Source of the DNA: the human T2T-CHM13v2.0 reference genome, Homo sapiens
Reading direction: 5' to 3' (one strand)
Assembly (NCBI RefSeq): GCF_009914755.1
Contig: NC_060931.1
Length of the DNA stretch: 64,000 nt
The notes beneath the pieces were generated by a model. The model ran no database searches. It was not told where the DNA came from and worked only from the letters and a program-made list of their open reading frames with translations. Each line of letters starts with the position of its first letter. The stretch's first letter is position 1. Both the position numbers and the translations under genes were made by a program. Below are positions 13,301 to 27,913 of this stretch, piece after piece.

Positions 13301-15779
13301 TATTTTAAAATAATACATTTAACTCATCTCCTTACTTATTTTCTTTTGTTTTGGAGATGATGCTTGGACTGAAGCATCATAGGTTTAGATTTCAGACTGT
13401 GATTGCTAGTGTAGACATGCAGGGTGTGATATATGATGGTATAGGGCTTCAACTATTGAACTGAGAATTTGGTAGCAGTGTAGAGCTGATAAAGGTTAGA
13501 TTTTCATTTTAAGTTGTTTGTTTCTAGCAATTTGCTTAAAAGAGTGTCTCAAGGCTGTAGTATCAATTGCACCAATGTTAGATTGCTGGTGCCTCCTACA
13601 ACATTTAGGAATGTATTGCAGTAATACAGATGTAATATGATTATATCCTGTATTGGGGTAGGCTTAGAAAGAAAAGGTGAAAACAATCACATTTAAGGTA
13701 ATTTAACTTGAAATCCGAACATAGAAAGTACACAAATAAAATTATTCAAATTTTTTAAAAATAACCAACAATTATAATAAAAATATAGTAATGTATGATT
13801 GTCCTATGGTGATAGTGTGATCTGAATGCCTCTACAAAAATTGGTTAAACTTCCAGAGATGACTGATTCCTGATGTATAGACCAGAGGTTCAAAACATAA
13901 CAAACAAATATTCCTCTGTGAGATTCTCTCTTGTTGTGAAAACCTAATAAATATAATAGAACAAAGTTGTTTACTACTGAGCAAGTGATACATAATATTT
14001 CCATTCTTCAAGAAACTAAAAATTCGGAAAGAACACACATCTAAGGAACATTCTCTCTACCTATATGTCATTTTATTAGTTAGTGGTCAGAGCACTATGG
14101 GGCACTGTAGAAAGATATAGTTATGTATGCTACCTTGTTCTGGTATAGTTTTGCTAATAGCTGGGTAACTACATAAAATGGAAGTAGACAAATGGGAATG
14201 CTTTCCACTAATTTCTAAAGATTGGGGCTTCATAATAGTTCAACTAAGTAAAAATTTAAAGAGGATTAAGTACGATTTTGATACAACAAGAAACAGGTGG
14301 TTTTTCTTTTTCTCAGAGTGTCATTATAGTTATCTGCAGCTTAAATTTGGAGGTAAGTCAATCACTGTATGTTCCTAATCTTCCCGTTTCCTGCCCCCTC
14401 CCCCAATTTCCAGTATTTCTCAAATACATAATCCTATCCCCTAGTTAAGCATCAGTCTTTTCGATTTTATTTGTGAGTCTCTGGGAGCCAGTACATTGGC
14501 TTTGTGGTCTGGTATTTTTGACATAGAAGCTTCAGGTGAGGAGAGAGGTTTATACAGAAGGAGATAATTTGAGGGTGTAAAGATAAAGATGTGAAGAAAG
14601 AAACGGTAGACATGAGGAAGTGTTTGATAAAAAAAATTCACACATGAAATGTCAAGGGGATTATGACATGTTTATCTGTAGTTGGCCTAGAGGCATCTCT
14701 TGAGAGTTTTTTTTTTTTTTTTTTTTCTTAATAACCTTTACTTCCTTTGACAAAAGTCCTATTACTATATTATAGAGTCCTGGTACTCCATCATACAAAT
14801 GATGAACAGACAAAGTGGAAGGCAAATTTTTAGTAAATGACTCAGTATTCCATCAATCTCTATTAATATAGTGTCTACCACCTGAATAGATAGCAATGTC
14901 AAACCTGACCTTGTTGTCACAAGTGTGTTATGGTGCCAGCCACTTTGTAAATCACGAGCACAGGGTCATCAAATGAAGGCTTATGTTCTCTGGCTGAAGA
15001 GTTGTGTAGTCATACTATTTATCATAAAGATCCTTTTATTAGTTCACTTTCAAAAAATAAAATATAATCTGAGCATCTGATTTTTCCTTTCATGTGGCCT
15101 ATCTCAAAAGAAAAAAACCTGAAATAATAGAGATTTCTCAATTATTAAGAATTTATATGAAATTATTAATCTGATAAATTTTACCCATATACATTTGACT
15201 TAACTTGCATTTATATTCAGTGAAGAGAATGGTTTACATACACAATACGCATCTCCATTAAATAAGTCTTTTATTAAATACTATGTAAAACAATCCTTAA
15301 TTAATGCTTACTATGTGCTGCACTGTGCAAAAATTAACTGTAATTATTGCACTCCATTTTACAATTTAAGTAGGAACAGATTTCCATTGCAAATACTCAG
15401 CTTTCACACACAGGTGAATAGATGGCATACAGCAGATTTTACTGCTCATCAAAACTTGATAATCTTGTCAGCTGTGAGATCTTTTTGTATTGACATTTTG
15501 CTTCTGCAAAACGTTTTTCTGAATGGCAGTGAATTTCTATTTCCTGTTTGGGGTAACTCACTACTTACAGTTGTAGGGAGCTCAAAATTGACAATAAGAA
15601 TTCTACTATAGAAATCAGATGATAATATAAATATCTTGTTTGATGTTCTGAATGTTTGCAATCAAAATTTTACATGTCTATCTGAATAGCTATAGAGGGA
15701 AGCAGGAAAACTAAATTACATGTTTAAAAGAGTATAAAAGGGAGCTATATATAGGAAGGATTGCTAGATGGGTTAACAA

Positions 15780-16172
15780 AATCAAATCTTTCTATCTTCT
15801 ACAGGAATAGGAATTTTAGCTAGGCACATGGACATAAAGTTGAAGATTACTTTCTTGGACTGGAAGGAAGCAATATACGCTATTTCAGAGTTATGTGGTT
15901 TACGAGAAAAGGGGCAGGTTCTTCCTATTCTTTCCCTATTGTAATTTTGTTGGAGTATGGATGTAATGGTGGGGGTTAGAACAGCCATCTCAGACCTGAG
16001 ATAAGACCTGCATGAGGAAGCTGGCAAAGCCATAAACTGGCAGGGCCTGTATTATTTGATGTCATGAAACAGATTGCTTCCACTTGGAAAGGGTTATATA
16101 TTTGCCGTTTGCCTGAGCCACTGCTATTTTTTCATTTTTTGTAACAGCCACACCACACCCTAAAAAATACAA
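15780..16172 (+). mobile_element. Old MLT1 (J/K-like) LTR
   Basis: gatgtaatggtgggggttagaacagccatctcagacc...gcctgagccactgctatttt...aaaaataca. Confidence 0.5.
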
Positions 16173-16277
16173 CATCTAAATCATTTCAAGAAAATATCCA
16201 AATCTTAGTGAAAGAAAGATTTTTGGGGACCAAATTAGCCAAAGTTACTGTCTGACTTGAACATGTTAATAGTAGAT

Positions 16278-16370
16278 CAGCGCCGTCCAACAGAACGTTC
16301 TGAGATGATATAAATGTTTTCCATTATCCAATTCAGCAGCTATTAGCCACGTATAGATATTGGACATGTA
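16278..16370 (+). mobile_element. MER3 5' fragment
   Basis: cagcgccgtccaacagaacgttctgagatgatataaatg...tattagccacgtatag. Confidence 0.65.
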
Positions 16371-16389
16371 TATATGATAAGTTATATTA

Positions 16390-17960
16390 GATTCTGCTAT
16401 TGAGTTTTCCAAATTGTGCAAATTTGCCTCCCCATTTGCAGTTTATGAAATTTCCATTGTTCCTCCTGCACTCCAATTCTTAGTTAGTACTTTTAATTTT
16501 AGCCACTTTGGTAAGTGTGTTGTTTTATTTTAGTTTTAGCTTGTAAATTTCCCTTATCACTAATAGTCTTAGCATATTTTCTTATGTTTAATTGGCTGTT
16601 TGGGCGTCCTTTTTTAAAAATTGCTTGTTAACACCTCTTGTTCATTTTTCTACTGTTTTTCTTTTTCTCATTCCTTTACAGAATTAAAAATGAATTCTGA
16701 ATATAATTCCCTTTGTCATTTATATGTGTTACAAACTTACTGTTCTAGTCTAAGACTTTTCTGTTTGGTCTCTTGATGGTGTCTTAATAAACAGAAATTG
16801 TTAATTTTATTGTAATCTAATTTATAAATTTCCCCTTTATTCATGTATCTTGCATTCTATTTAAGAAGACTGACCTTAACTTCAGCCCATAAATAAATTC
16901 TCCTGTATTATCTTCTAGTAACTTTTGTTTTGTCTATCATAATTTGATTGAAATAATCCAGATGTTACTTTTACGTACATGGTAAAAGACAGTATTCAAG
17001 TATTTTTTTCCCACATGTATATCCAGTCAGCCCTAGCACCAGGTATTAAAAAGACTGCTTCTACAAATTTGCTCTGCAATGCTATCTTGTTGAAACTCAA
17101 GTGTTCATAATATACCTGAGTCTAGACTCTTTTCTATCATTGTCTATTTTTATTGAGTTTTGTCTTCATGCTCTATCAGTAATTAAGAGCAATACTAAAA
17201 TCATTCAGTATCTTTATAGACTGGCCTGGTTTGTCTTATACTTTTGTTAATTTTTGGAATTCTCATATTTCCTCTATATGTCTACCTTATATCATTATCT
17301 CTAGTAATTGTTTCTTCCCTACAGCTACCATATCATAGGCCAGCTTTTTAAAAGTTAGATTTACAAGTCATATGTTTATTTACTAATGTGTTAGATGTGT
17401 TTTCTAACATTTACAATTTCACTCATTATTGTTCATAACCTAAAACCTTTTTTCATATTATTGTAACATTTAGCCCACTTACATTTAATAAATAAATAAC
17501 ATATATTTAATTTATAACTACCACATTACAAAGGGCTATTTGACTCATCTGCCTATGATTCTTTACTTTCTATTTTCTTGCCTTATTTTTATTTAAGTGT
17601 TTTAAAAATTATTGTCATGATCTCAATTTGAAAGTTATGCATTCTTTTCCTATTCATTATTTACCGTAGTATTACTGCATGTCTCCTTAATTCATCAAAT
17701 ATAATGCTAAATTGTGATTTTGACATCTGTCCAGACGTTACATCATTCAAGTCTATCTTCTCTTCTTCCAACTTGCATGCCATTGTTGTCACATATACTA
17801 ATTTTCTTTTAAATATACAAATCATTTTTTGCAGTAAACAGCCACTATTCTTTTAGACTTTCCAACATACGTATCCTTTTCTTTAGTATTTAATTTCTTT
17901 TTTTCCTCTGAGATTTGATTTAGAATCATTTTTCTTCTAATTCCAGAATATAGATTAGTC
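16390..17960 (-). mobile_element. Highly decayed L1ME-type fragments
   Basis: T-rich antisense L1 ORF2 motifs (ttttccaaattg..., ccagtcagccctagcaccaggtattaaaaagac). Confidence 0.6.
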
Positions 17961-18014
17961 TATGTCTCTTAGTTTATATATAACACACACACATATAACT
18001 TTTAAATCTTACAT

Positions 18015-18195
18015 AAAGTCCAGGCACTATCTAGACACTAGAAATACAACAGTGAATAAAACAAACAAAATTGCCACCTACATAAAGCTTACATTCTAAT
18101 CAAGGGAGACATGTGCATAAGTCAAATATAAAATATATTTTATGAAGTATATCAGGTAAGGCAGTAGAGAATATTCATGAGGAGGGGATGGGTAT
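18015..18195 (-). mobile_element. L2 3' end
   Basis: caggcactatctagacactagaaatacaacagtgaataaaacaaac...agcttacattctaatc. Confidence 0.7.
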
Positions 18196-18239
18196 TCTGA
18201 TCTATGGACTTTGAAAGCATAGCATAGCCTAAGCATAAT

Positions 18240-19700
18240 AAATACCAGAAAATCCATACCTAGATATGTCACTGTGAAACCAGATTATCAATGGCAAAGA
18301 GAAGCACTTAAAGGCAGATAGAGTAAAAAGCAAATAACTTGCAAAGGAATGACTGTAAGCCTGACAATAGACTTTTTTTTTTCTTTTTTTTAAATTATAC
18401 TTTAAGTTCTGGGGTACATGTGCAGAATGCGCAGGTTTGTTACATAGGTATACACGTGACATGGTGGTTTGCTGCACCCAACCCATCATCTACATTAGGT
18501 ATTTCTCCTAATGCTATCCCTCCCCTAGTCCCCCATCCCCCAACAGGCCCCAGTGTGTGATGCTCCCTTCCCTGTGTCCATGTGTTCTCATTGTTCAACT
18601 CCCACTTATCAGTGAGAACATGTGGTGTTTGGTTTTCTGTTCTTGTTCAGTTTGCTGAGAATGATGGTTTCCAGCTTCATCCATGTCCCTGTAAAGGACA
18701 TGAACTCATTCTTTTTATGGCTGCATAGTATTCCATGGTGTATATGTGCCACATTTTCTTGATCCAGTCTATCACTGATGGGCATTTGGGTTGGTTCCAA
18801 GTCTATGCTATTGTTAACAGTGCCACAATAAGCATACATGTGCATGTGTCTTTATAGTAGAATGAGTTATAATCCTTTGGGTATATACCCAGTAATGGGA
18901 TTGCTGAGTCAAATCGTATTTCTAGTTCTAGATCCTTGAGGAGAAATCACACTGTCTTCCATAATGGTTGAGCTAATTTACACTCCCACCAACAGTGTAA
19001 AAGCGCTCCTATTTCTCCACATCCTCTACAGCTTTTTATGAGAAAAATGGAAACCAGAACACCTCAGAATAATATCTTTAAACTATTTTGGGAAAAAATT
19101 CTGTAAACTTAAAATTGTGGTCTCATGATTGCATACAATATTTTAAGGAGGGTGAAATAAGGGCTTCTATAAATGTGAAAATCTGAGAGAAATTACCACT
19201 AATAAATCTTCATTAAGAAGATTTTGAGAAATGTACTTCAGGAATCAAGAGACGCAAAAAGCAATGGTAAACAAAGAAATATGTAAGCATTTAAGTTAAA
19301 TATAAATAAGAATGGTCTATCAAAAACAACTTTAAAAATCCACTTTGTGGAGTTAGAAAGGCCAACCCTGAAAAACAGTATTCATATTTTAAGGCAGCGG
19401 TGATGACTTAAAATCTTATAAGACTATAACACTCTTCCTTGGAAGAAGATATAAAATATTAACTTTACACTTTGTAAAATTCCATAGGAAATTACGAAGT
19501 GTAAACAACAGGATAGAAAAATAGAATTTGTAACTTTAAAACATGTGGTTTGAAAATATGTAATAACATAACAAAGAAACAATTTACAATCAAGAATAAG
19601 TGGAAAAAGGAGGGCAGAATTATAGAAAGTAGAAAGCTAACAAATTCATGATACTATTTTAAGTAAAAAAGCAGCAAACTAAAATTATATAAATTACAGG
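18240..19700 (+). mobile_element. Decayed L1M ORF1 C-terminus/inter-ORF, split by L1PA7
   Basis: ccatacctagatatgtcactgtgaaa...aaggcagatagag...cctgacaatagac, then after the insertion atggaaaccagaac...aatatctttaaa...gagggtgaaataagg; follows ORF1 PRHIIVK..IRLTADF..METRRQW..EGEIK. Confidence 0.65.
18373..19032 (-). mobile_element. 5'-truncated L1PA7-like element
   Basis: Poly-T tail; ggtatttctcctaatgctatccctcccctag...caacaggccccagtgtgtg; ORF2 end. Confidence 0.88.
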
Positions 19701-20624
19701 TTTGAGAGAAGACAATGGATGAAATTTGGGGGGACAGGAATATACAGACAATTACAACAATATGGGTAATGTTCTATTTCTTATATTTGATGGTGATTGA
19801 TGGGAGGTTATTTTGTTATTTTTCCATATTTCCATAGTTATACACCAAAAATATAATACTTTAGGAATTTAAAAATTATATGAAGTGGCAATATCTATGA
19901 TTCAAATTAGAGAAAAATACAACTTGTATGTTTTCTCCGTTTTTCCTCCTCACTTACATGTATTTAACATGAAAATTCCACTCACTGACATTTTAAGTTA
20001 TTGCACCTGTATTCATATCTTTTGAAGGTACAGATCCTTTCCTTGTACTTTCTTTCTTATTTTGTCTGGCTCTGCCTGAAATGAACAGCTGGCATTTAAA
20101 TCGACGGCAAATGTGCTTCACTCTACAAAGGCCAAAGATACCAGTCTTCATGATATCCAATAGCCTCTACTGTCCTGTCATCTGTCTTTTCCAAGTGGAC
20201 ATCAGTTAACCAAGACACACATATACAGTAAGGTCATTGATAATGTTTGTCATCAACTCAATTTATAATTTCAAATAAATGGAGTATGTCTTAAAAACTA
20301 AGCATTAATTTAAATAAATCAGATTTGCCTGTGAGCTTATAAAAATGAAGCAAAGATTCACACATTAAATTATGCGCTACTGAGCCATTACAATGCTGTC
20401 TAGATGTACTATTCTTCTAAATTGAACAAATCAGCTCATACTCTTTAGCCTAGCAAATTCGTTGTTAAAGATACTTCATTTTTAGTTCAAAAACCTGAAA
20501 ACGAAAGCATATTTTTGCCTGAGGAAAATTTAATATTTAAACAGATTCAGCTTGAGTAAAATCCACATGAAACTGAGGGTTTACTCTTTAAAAAGCCATA
20601 GGTTTCCATGTAGAATTTTGGTAA

Positions 20625-20996
<372 letters not shown>

Positions 20997-21254
20997 TGAA
21001 AAAAACTACCAATTCACTTCTGGGCTTTCAGTGACAAGGAAAACTGAACAGATCAAGGTGGTTTAATAAAGATTCAAAACCAGATGCAAATATGATGAAT
21101 TCACTCAGTGAGCTTTTTGGAAATATGCCAGATCTTAACTCCAAGAGGACACCAAGTTTGAATTAATTATTTTAGCTTGAATAAAGTTATTATGCAAAGA
21201 TAAGTATCACAATAGCTATAAAGCTTGCTTCTTATAATTATTTCTGTATATTGG

Positions 21255-22830
21255 GTTCCTTTTTATTATAATGAAATATTTTAAGCACACTAAAAATGGA
21301 ATACTACATGGATTCCCAAGTGCTTACCCTCTAGTTTAAGCAATACAACCTCATAAATATAACTAAGACCTCCTTTGTAGGATTTCTCAGTTCCATACTC
21401 TCCCCTTTACTCCCTAGAGGTGTAAATCCCGAATTTCATGGTTATCATTCTAGTGCATATCATATATTTTTATTAAATATGTTTACACCTCAAAATAATT
21501 TCATTTTGTATGTTCATAAATTTTATATGAAAGTATGATTCTGGGCCTAATTTTTATCTCAATATATTTTTAAGATTTATTTAGGTTGATGTAATTTTCT
21601 CTTTCATTTATTCACTATACATTCATTCTTTGCTTGATAGCTATTTTATATTTTCTCATTGTTACAAAAAATACACAATAAACATGCTTGCACATGTCTC
21701 CTTAATACTTAAAAATCAAAACAGAATGGAATGGAATAAGAGAGAAAAGAAAAGAAAATATCTGAATGTATCACATATAGTAAGGGTATTGTTTCACGGA
21801 CCTTTTTTTTTTCCTTAAAGAAAAGTATATTTGTATGAGATTGTAGTACAAAATTTTTTTTTAACTGGGAATGGTGGTCAATTTTTTAAGCACTGCTTTA
21901 AAATATGTAACTAGGAATTGAATTCCTTGATAGTAGGGTACAGGCATCTTAAATGGATATTTCCACTTTCCTGTCTAGAATGTTGGTGCCAACTAAATCT
22001 CAAAAGCAGTGAGGGCGAAATCTTGTTTGCGTATAGTTTCACCAATGCTTCTGAGACACTGATTGCTTCTCACGGTTTTAACTTGCATTGCCCTCACTGG
22101 CAATGAAGTAGATTATCTGTTTTTCTTATTAGTCATTTTATTTCCCTTATCAGTGAACTGTCTATTTATAGTCTTTGCCACTATCTCTTATTTTCTTAAC
22201 TATTTGCAGTCTGTCTTATTTTTGTATTGTGAGAGATCTTTATCATCTCAGACCTGTGTCCCTTTGATGGCCACCTTGTTCAAACACTTTTTTTATGTAG
22301 TCTGTGGTTTGCCTTTTAAATCATTTTGTGACACACAGAGATTTATTTTTCAATGTATTTGAATAGAGTACCACCATTTTGATTTTGATTTTTAAAACAC
22401 ATTATTACAAAATTATTGATTATCTTGCAGTCATGAAGTTATTCTTTTCTGTTTTGTTCCAACGTATTTTAATTGTTCACATTTAGTATTTTAATGCCAA
22501 TAACATTTATCATTAGTATAAAATGGAAATCCAGTTTATTTTTTATCTTTGAATGAAAGTTTATCTTAGGACCATTTATTAGATAGGTCATTTTCCCCAA
22601 TTACATTATCCCTAAAATATAATTATATTATGAAAAATAATTACAAAAATTGCTGCATCATTAATTGCAGTCTTCTGAACTTGTTCTTTGATAATTCTTT
22701 TCTATTTTTTCAATGGTTGCTCTTTCATATAATTTTAAGAATTAGCTTGTCTATGTAAAAAACTCCTTTGATTAATTTGATCTCAATTGCTTTGAATTTA
22801 CAGATTCATTTTGATGTAATTGATTTCTTA
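21255..22830 (-). mobile_element. Decayed L1ME-type fragments
   Basis: Antisense L1 3'UTR/ORF2 motifs (caataaacatgcttgcacatgtctc; ggttttaacttgcattgccctcactggcaatgaag). Confidence 0.6.
21705..21895 (+). mobile_element. Charlie4z-like hAT fragment
   Basis: gaaaatatctgaatgtatcacatatagtaagggtattgtttc...ggtcaattttttaagcactg. Confidence 0.6.
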
Positions 22831-22839
22831 TATATAATA

Positions 22840-23336
22840 ATTTTTATTGATATTTAAGAGTTATATTTTGGGGTACAGGTGATATTTTGATGACTGAATA
22901 TGTGTAATGATAAAATCAGTGTAATTGGGATATCCATCACCTCAACCATTTATCTTTTCTTTGTGTTGGGAACATTGCAATTGTTTTTTTCTAGCCATTT
23001 TGAAATATACAATAAATTATTACTAAGCATAATTTCCCTACTGTACTCTTGAATGCTAGAATTTATTTTTTCTATCTAACTGTATATTTGTATGCCTTAA
23101 CCAACTTCTCTTTATTCTCCTTCCCTTCTACTCTTCCGAAACTATGGTATCCACCACTGTACACTCTAGCTCCATTAGATCCACTTTCTTAGCTCACAAA
23201 TGAGTGAGAACATGTGATATTTGCCTACCCATGCCTGGCTTATTTCACTTAACGTGATGACCTCCAGTTTCATCCATGTTGCTGCCAGTGGCAGGATTTC
23301 AATTTTTTTTTAACAGCTGAATCATATTCCGTTGTG
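22840..23336 (-). mobile_element. L1MA (L1MA4-like) 3' end
   Basis: ggggtacaggtgatattttga...gtaattgggatatccatcacctcaaccatttatc...gagtgagaacatgtgatatttg. Confidence 0.8.
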
Positions 23337-23413
23337 CAATAAAAGTTTTATTTGAGAGTAGTTTTGGATTTACAGAAAATTTCAAAGACAGTACAGAGAA
23401 TTCCATTTATTTG

Positions 23414-23782
23414 TGATATAGTTTGGCTGTGTCCCCTCCCAGATCTTATCTTGAATTGTAACTCCCACAATTCCCATTTGTTATGGGAGGAACCCAGTGG
23501 AAGGGAATTGGATTATGAGGGCGAGTCTTTCCTACGCTGTTCTTGTGATAGTGAGTAAATCTCAGGAGATCTGATGGTTTTAAAAAGAGGCGTTACCCCG
23601 CACAAGCTCACTCTTTGCCTGCCGCCATCCACGGAGGATGTGACTTGCTCCTCTTTGCCTTCTGCCATGATTGTGAGGCCTCCCGGGACAGGTGGAACTG
23701 TTAAGTCCAATAAATCTCTTTCTTTTGTAAATTGCCAGTCTCGGGTATGTCTTTATCAGCAGCATGAAAGTGGAAGAATACA
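23414..23782 (+). mobile_element. THE1B solo LTR
   Basis: TGATATAGTTTGGCTGTGTCCC...AATACA; gatgtgacttgctcctc; TSD ATTTG/ATTTA. Confidence 0.9.
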
Positions 23783-24609
23783 ATTTAACACCCAGTTTCC
23801 CCTGTTATTAACAGATTACATTAGAATGTACATTTGTCAAAAATAATGAACCAATATTGACACATTATCTCCTGTAATATTTTATTCAGATTGCCTTAGT
23901 TTTTACCTAATCTCCTTTGTTTTTTATTCTAGCATCTCATTCAGAATTAGTATTCTATTTATTAGTCATGTCTCCTTAGCCTCTTCTTGGTGTAACTTTT
24001 TCTCAGACTTTCCCTGTTGAAGTTTTGAGAACTTTGAGGAGAACTGGTATTTGGTAGAATGGGTATTTTGTAAAATGGCTTTCATTTTAGATTTGTCAGA
24101 TGTTTTTCTCAGGCATAGACTAGAGGAGTGAGTTTTGGGGCAGAAGACCACAGAGCTAAAGCTAAAGACATTCTTATTACATCATGCCAATACTCAATAT
24201 TATCAACCTGACTTATTTTTTACCTGATCTCCTCACTGAAGTATTTTCTGTCAGATTTTTTTTTTTCTTTTTTTTTTTACGGCAAAGTTCCTCTTCCTCC
24301 CGACCCACCTTGCATACTGTATTCTTTAGAAAGAAGTCACTCTGTGCAGCCCAAATTAAGGAAAGGGTAGTAAGGACAGAAAATCTACTCAATTTATTTG
24401 ACATTTTTCTGCATTGAAGACTTTTCTGTTCTGCTTTATTCATTTATTTATTCATTTATTTATGTCATTATGGACTCATGGATATTTATTTTACATTTTG
24501 ATTATAATTCATCACTACTTACTTTATCTTCTTGCTCAAATTTTTTCAATTTTAGCCATTGGAAGCTTTTTTCCATTGGCTCTTTTGTTTCTTTGACATA
24601 CCCCATCAC

Positions 24610-24624
24610 TGTGTGTGTGTGTGC

Positions 24625-24662
<38 letters not shown>
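24610..24662. repeat. (TG)n microsatellite
   Basis: Interrupted TG run. Confidence 0.9.
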
Positions 24663-26489
24663 GAAGGAAGGGCGACTACTTTCTTACTTTATGACACTAC
24701 ACAATGCTGTAGGCTCCTCAAGTATATTACCTGCCCTAGTCCTAGAACCAGCCTTTTTCTCAAGGAGCCCTGGTTCTTTTCATTGGATAATGTGTTCCGT
24801 GTGCTTAGTGCAACTGAAGTCTTTGCTTCTCATCCCTCCACTGGTAGAACAAGGAAATACCTGTATATATACTTACCTGTGTTACCTATCTATAAATATT
24901 TATCTGTTTAGTCACCTGTATCTATATGAATGTAAACCTGAGTTTCTATTGATCCCTTCAATGCTAATCCATGCCACATGGATCATTCTAGCTTCTTCTC
25001 CTTTCTTATCTGTAAACTCCCATGACACCAATGATAGAAACCTAGCTTTCATCATTAACCACCCATTATTTGTTTTATTACAGTATATATGTATAGTATA
25101 GAATTATTAGAGTTATTAGAATTAGAATTAGAATTATTAAGTGAACCCCATGGGACACAACTTTATCAACTAGTGTACAGTGTTTGTATACTGCTACTTT
25201 TACCTTCTTTCTTAGAGACTTCACTCATTTTCAAAATTACTTAGGTCAGCACCTTTTTACCCCATCCCCTTCAGTGACGTTGTTTCATATGTTTGTAATA
25301 TATTTAAATTCTCTTGTAATTGTCTACATTCCATTTTAGGGTATCCCCATATCCTAAATGCTTGTTTAAAACATTGAATGAATTGAAGTTCACTCTTTGT
25401 TATGGGAAGTGTTTTGGGTTTTGACAATGCAAAATGTCACTTAGCATTACCTTTCAGTATCATAGATACCATAGCATTTCTGTCATTACAATACTATACA
25501 GACGTTTCACCACTTTAACAATTCTCTCATATTTCACTAATTCAAACAGAAAACCACAAACATGTATAAACACGTACACATACACACACACATCCCTGGT
25601 AAACACTGGTATCATTCCTTTTATCACTGAATAGTATCCCAATGTACAAATGTAAAACATTTTGTTTATATATTATACTATTTAAAGGATATCTTGGCTG
25701 CTCCATTTTTTCATGATTATGAATAAAGCTTCTATAAAAACCCATATGCAGATTTTTGCATGGATATGTTTTCAAATAAGTTGGGTAAATACCTAGGAGT
25801 GCAATTGCTGAATTGCATATTAATACTCTGTTTAGCTTTGCAAGAAAGTGCCATACTCTCTTCCAAAGTGTCTGTACCATTTTGCATTCTCATCAGCAAA
25901 AATGAATGTTCCTGATGCTATGCATCCTTACTAGCAATTGATATTGTCAGGTTTCTGTGGATGTATGTCACTCTAATAAGTGTGCAGTGGTATCACATTG
26001 CCATTTTGATTTGTATTTCCCTAGTTACAAATGATGTTGAGCACATTTTCATATGCTTTTTTTTTATTGTATATCTTCTTTGGTGAGGTGTCCATTCAGA
26101 TCTTTTGCGTATTTTTCAGTTAGGTTGTTGTTTTCTTATGGTTGAGTTTCAAGATCTTTTGTGTATTTTGGATACACGACTTTATAAAAAGATATGTGGT
26201 TTGCAAATATTTTCCTCGTAGTCTGTGATTTGACTTTTTATTCTTAAATAACTCATTTTAATTTTAAAATTCATTTTAAGGTATTAATAAGATAAATGTG
26301 ATAACTACTTTTTATGCTATTGACTACCGTGTTCTCCATTTTAGCAAAGTGATGTTATTATTGGCAATGCATGCTAATACAGTGACAGCTGCTGTAATTT
26401 TTAAGTATCTTCCAGGTCTCTGGAAGACCTTTAATCAACTTAGTCTAGTATAATAGTGGCTAGCATTGGAAAACCTTGATAACAACCAT

Positions 26490-26660
26490 AAATTCAAGCA
26501 ACGTTTTCAGCACTTTTTTGTGTGTGCTAAGCACTTAGGATATATCAGTGATCAAAATAACATAGATATCATTCTCACAAAGTAGCAGTGGAATAGGGAA
26601 GGAAGATAGTAAATAAGTAGTCACAATGTGAACTAATGCAGATGCTCAGAGAAGGTGAGA
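26490..26660 (-). mobile_element. L2 3' end fragment
   Basis: attcaagcaacgttttcagcacttt...tgtgctaagcacttaggatatatcagtg. Confidence 0.5.
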
Positions 26661-26699
26661 AGCAGCTTTTATTTACCCCACACTATAGCTGTCAGCATC

Positions 26700-27130
26700 C
26701 AATGAAGTAAATAGAAACAAGAGGTAGAGAAAGAGCTGAGAAGCAAAATGAAAAACTAAGTCCACCTAGAGCTTAGGAAGACCAAGAGGGATAAAAGGAC
26801 AAGGGACGGGGTAGTGTTATTGGTGTCCAAGATTATAGTCACCCCGGGGGAAGTTTGATCTGTAGTGGAACAGTCTGGTGGCAGCTGGAACCATAGAAGA
26901 GATGCAAGTGCACACCAGTGATGTCACTAGAGGCAGGGAGAGAGAGGAGGAAGAAATACTCTAGCTTCTCTCTTATTCCAGGCTCCAGTCTTCTGTGAGA
27001 CCTTTCTGCTCGCTGATCCCTGCCAAAGCCAGCAGACACAGTAGCTTAAGAGTCTGTAGGGGTGAGCCTCCTTGAAATGCAAAATGGAGCAGAAGCAGGG
27101 AGAATGAATGGGCCAAGCATTTGCCCCCAT
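26700..27130. mobile_element. LTR33-like ERVL LTR fragment
   Basis: cttctctcttattccaggctccagtcttctg...ccctgccaaagccagcag...gtaggggtgagcctcc. Confidence 0.55.
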
Positions 27131-27319
27131 ACTTAGTATTGTACAACTTAGTTTTTAAAGAAGTATAATTTTTAGTGATAATCAGTAGAAAAATAAAATT
27201 CTATAAACTTACCATTCTAATTTTATCCCTCTTCCATTATTTTCTCCTACATTCCCAAATTCTACTGGCCAAGTAAACTCTCTTCTAGCATAATGGCAAG
27301 AGGGAGAATGACCAGTGGT

Positions 27320-27505
27320 TATTTAACAGTTACTATTTGTCAGGCACTGGGTAAGATGCTTTATATGAACCAACACAGTTACTCTATGGAGTAACCTTAG
27401 ATCTGAGTAAGTTGGTTTAGTTACATGCCAAGGTTCCATAGATGCTACGTGAAAAAGTTGAGAGCAAACTGGATGTGTCCGATTTCAGAGCCCAGGCTTT
27501 ACATG
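27320..27505 (-). mobile_element. MIR
   Basis: tactatttgtcaggcactggg...acatgccaaggttccatag...gatttcagagcccaggc. Confidence 0.65.
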
Positions 27506-27608
27506 ATACATGCAGACCCTATATGATTCAGGAAGTGTGAGATTTAACCATTACTTCAAAGTCATACAAAATATACTCAAATTCTAATAACGTCCTTTAA
27601 AAAAGAGA

Positions 27609-27913
<305 letters not shown>

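Larger units (their letters stand above)
23345..26250 (-). mobile_element. L1MC (MC2/3-like) 3'UTR plus ORF2 end, interrupted by THE1B
   Basis: agttttggatttacagaaaatttcaaagacagtacagag; ttttggggcagaagaccacagag; ORF 25542-25880 (VQTLWK...AIALLGIYP) is ORF2-like. Confidence 0.8.

Noticed and set aside
13357-13380. Hairpin ATGATGCTT-ggactg-AAGCATCAT
   Set aside because: A 9-bp stem is plausible by chance in 64 kb, and there is no miRNA/snoRNA context.
24398-25101. Overlapping 60-180 aa ORFs containing VCVC runs
   Set aside because: Produced by a (TG)n tract within an antisense L1MC 3'UTR.
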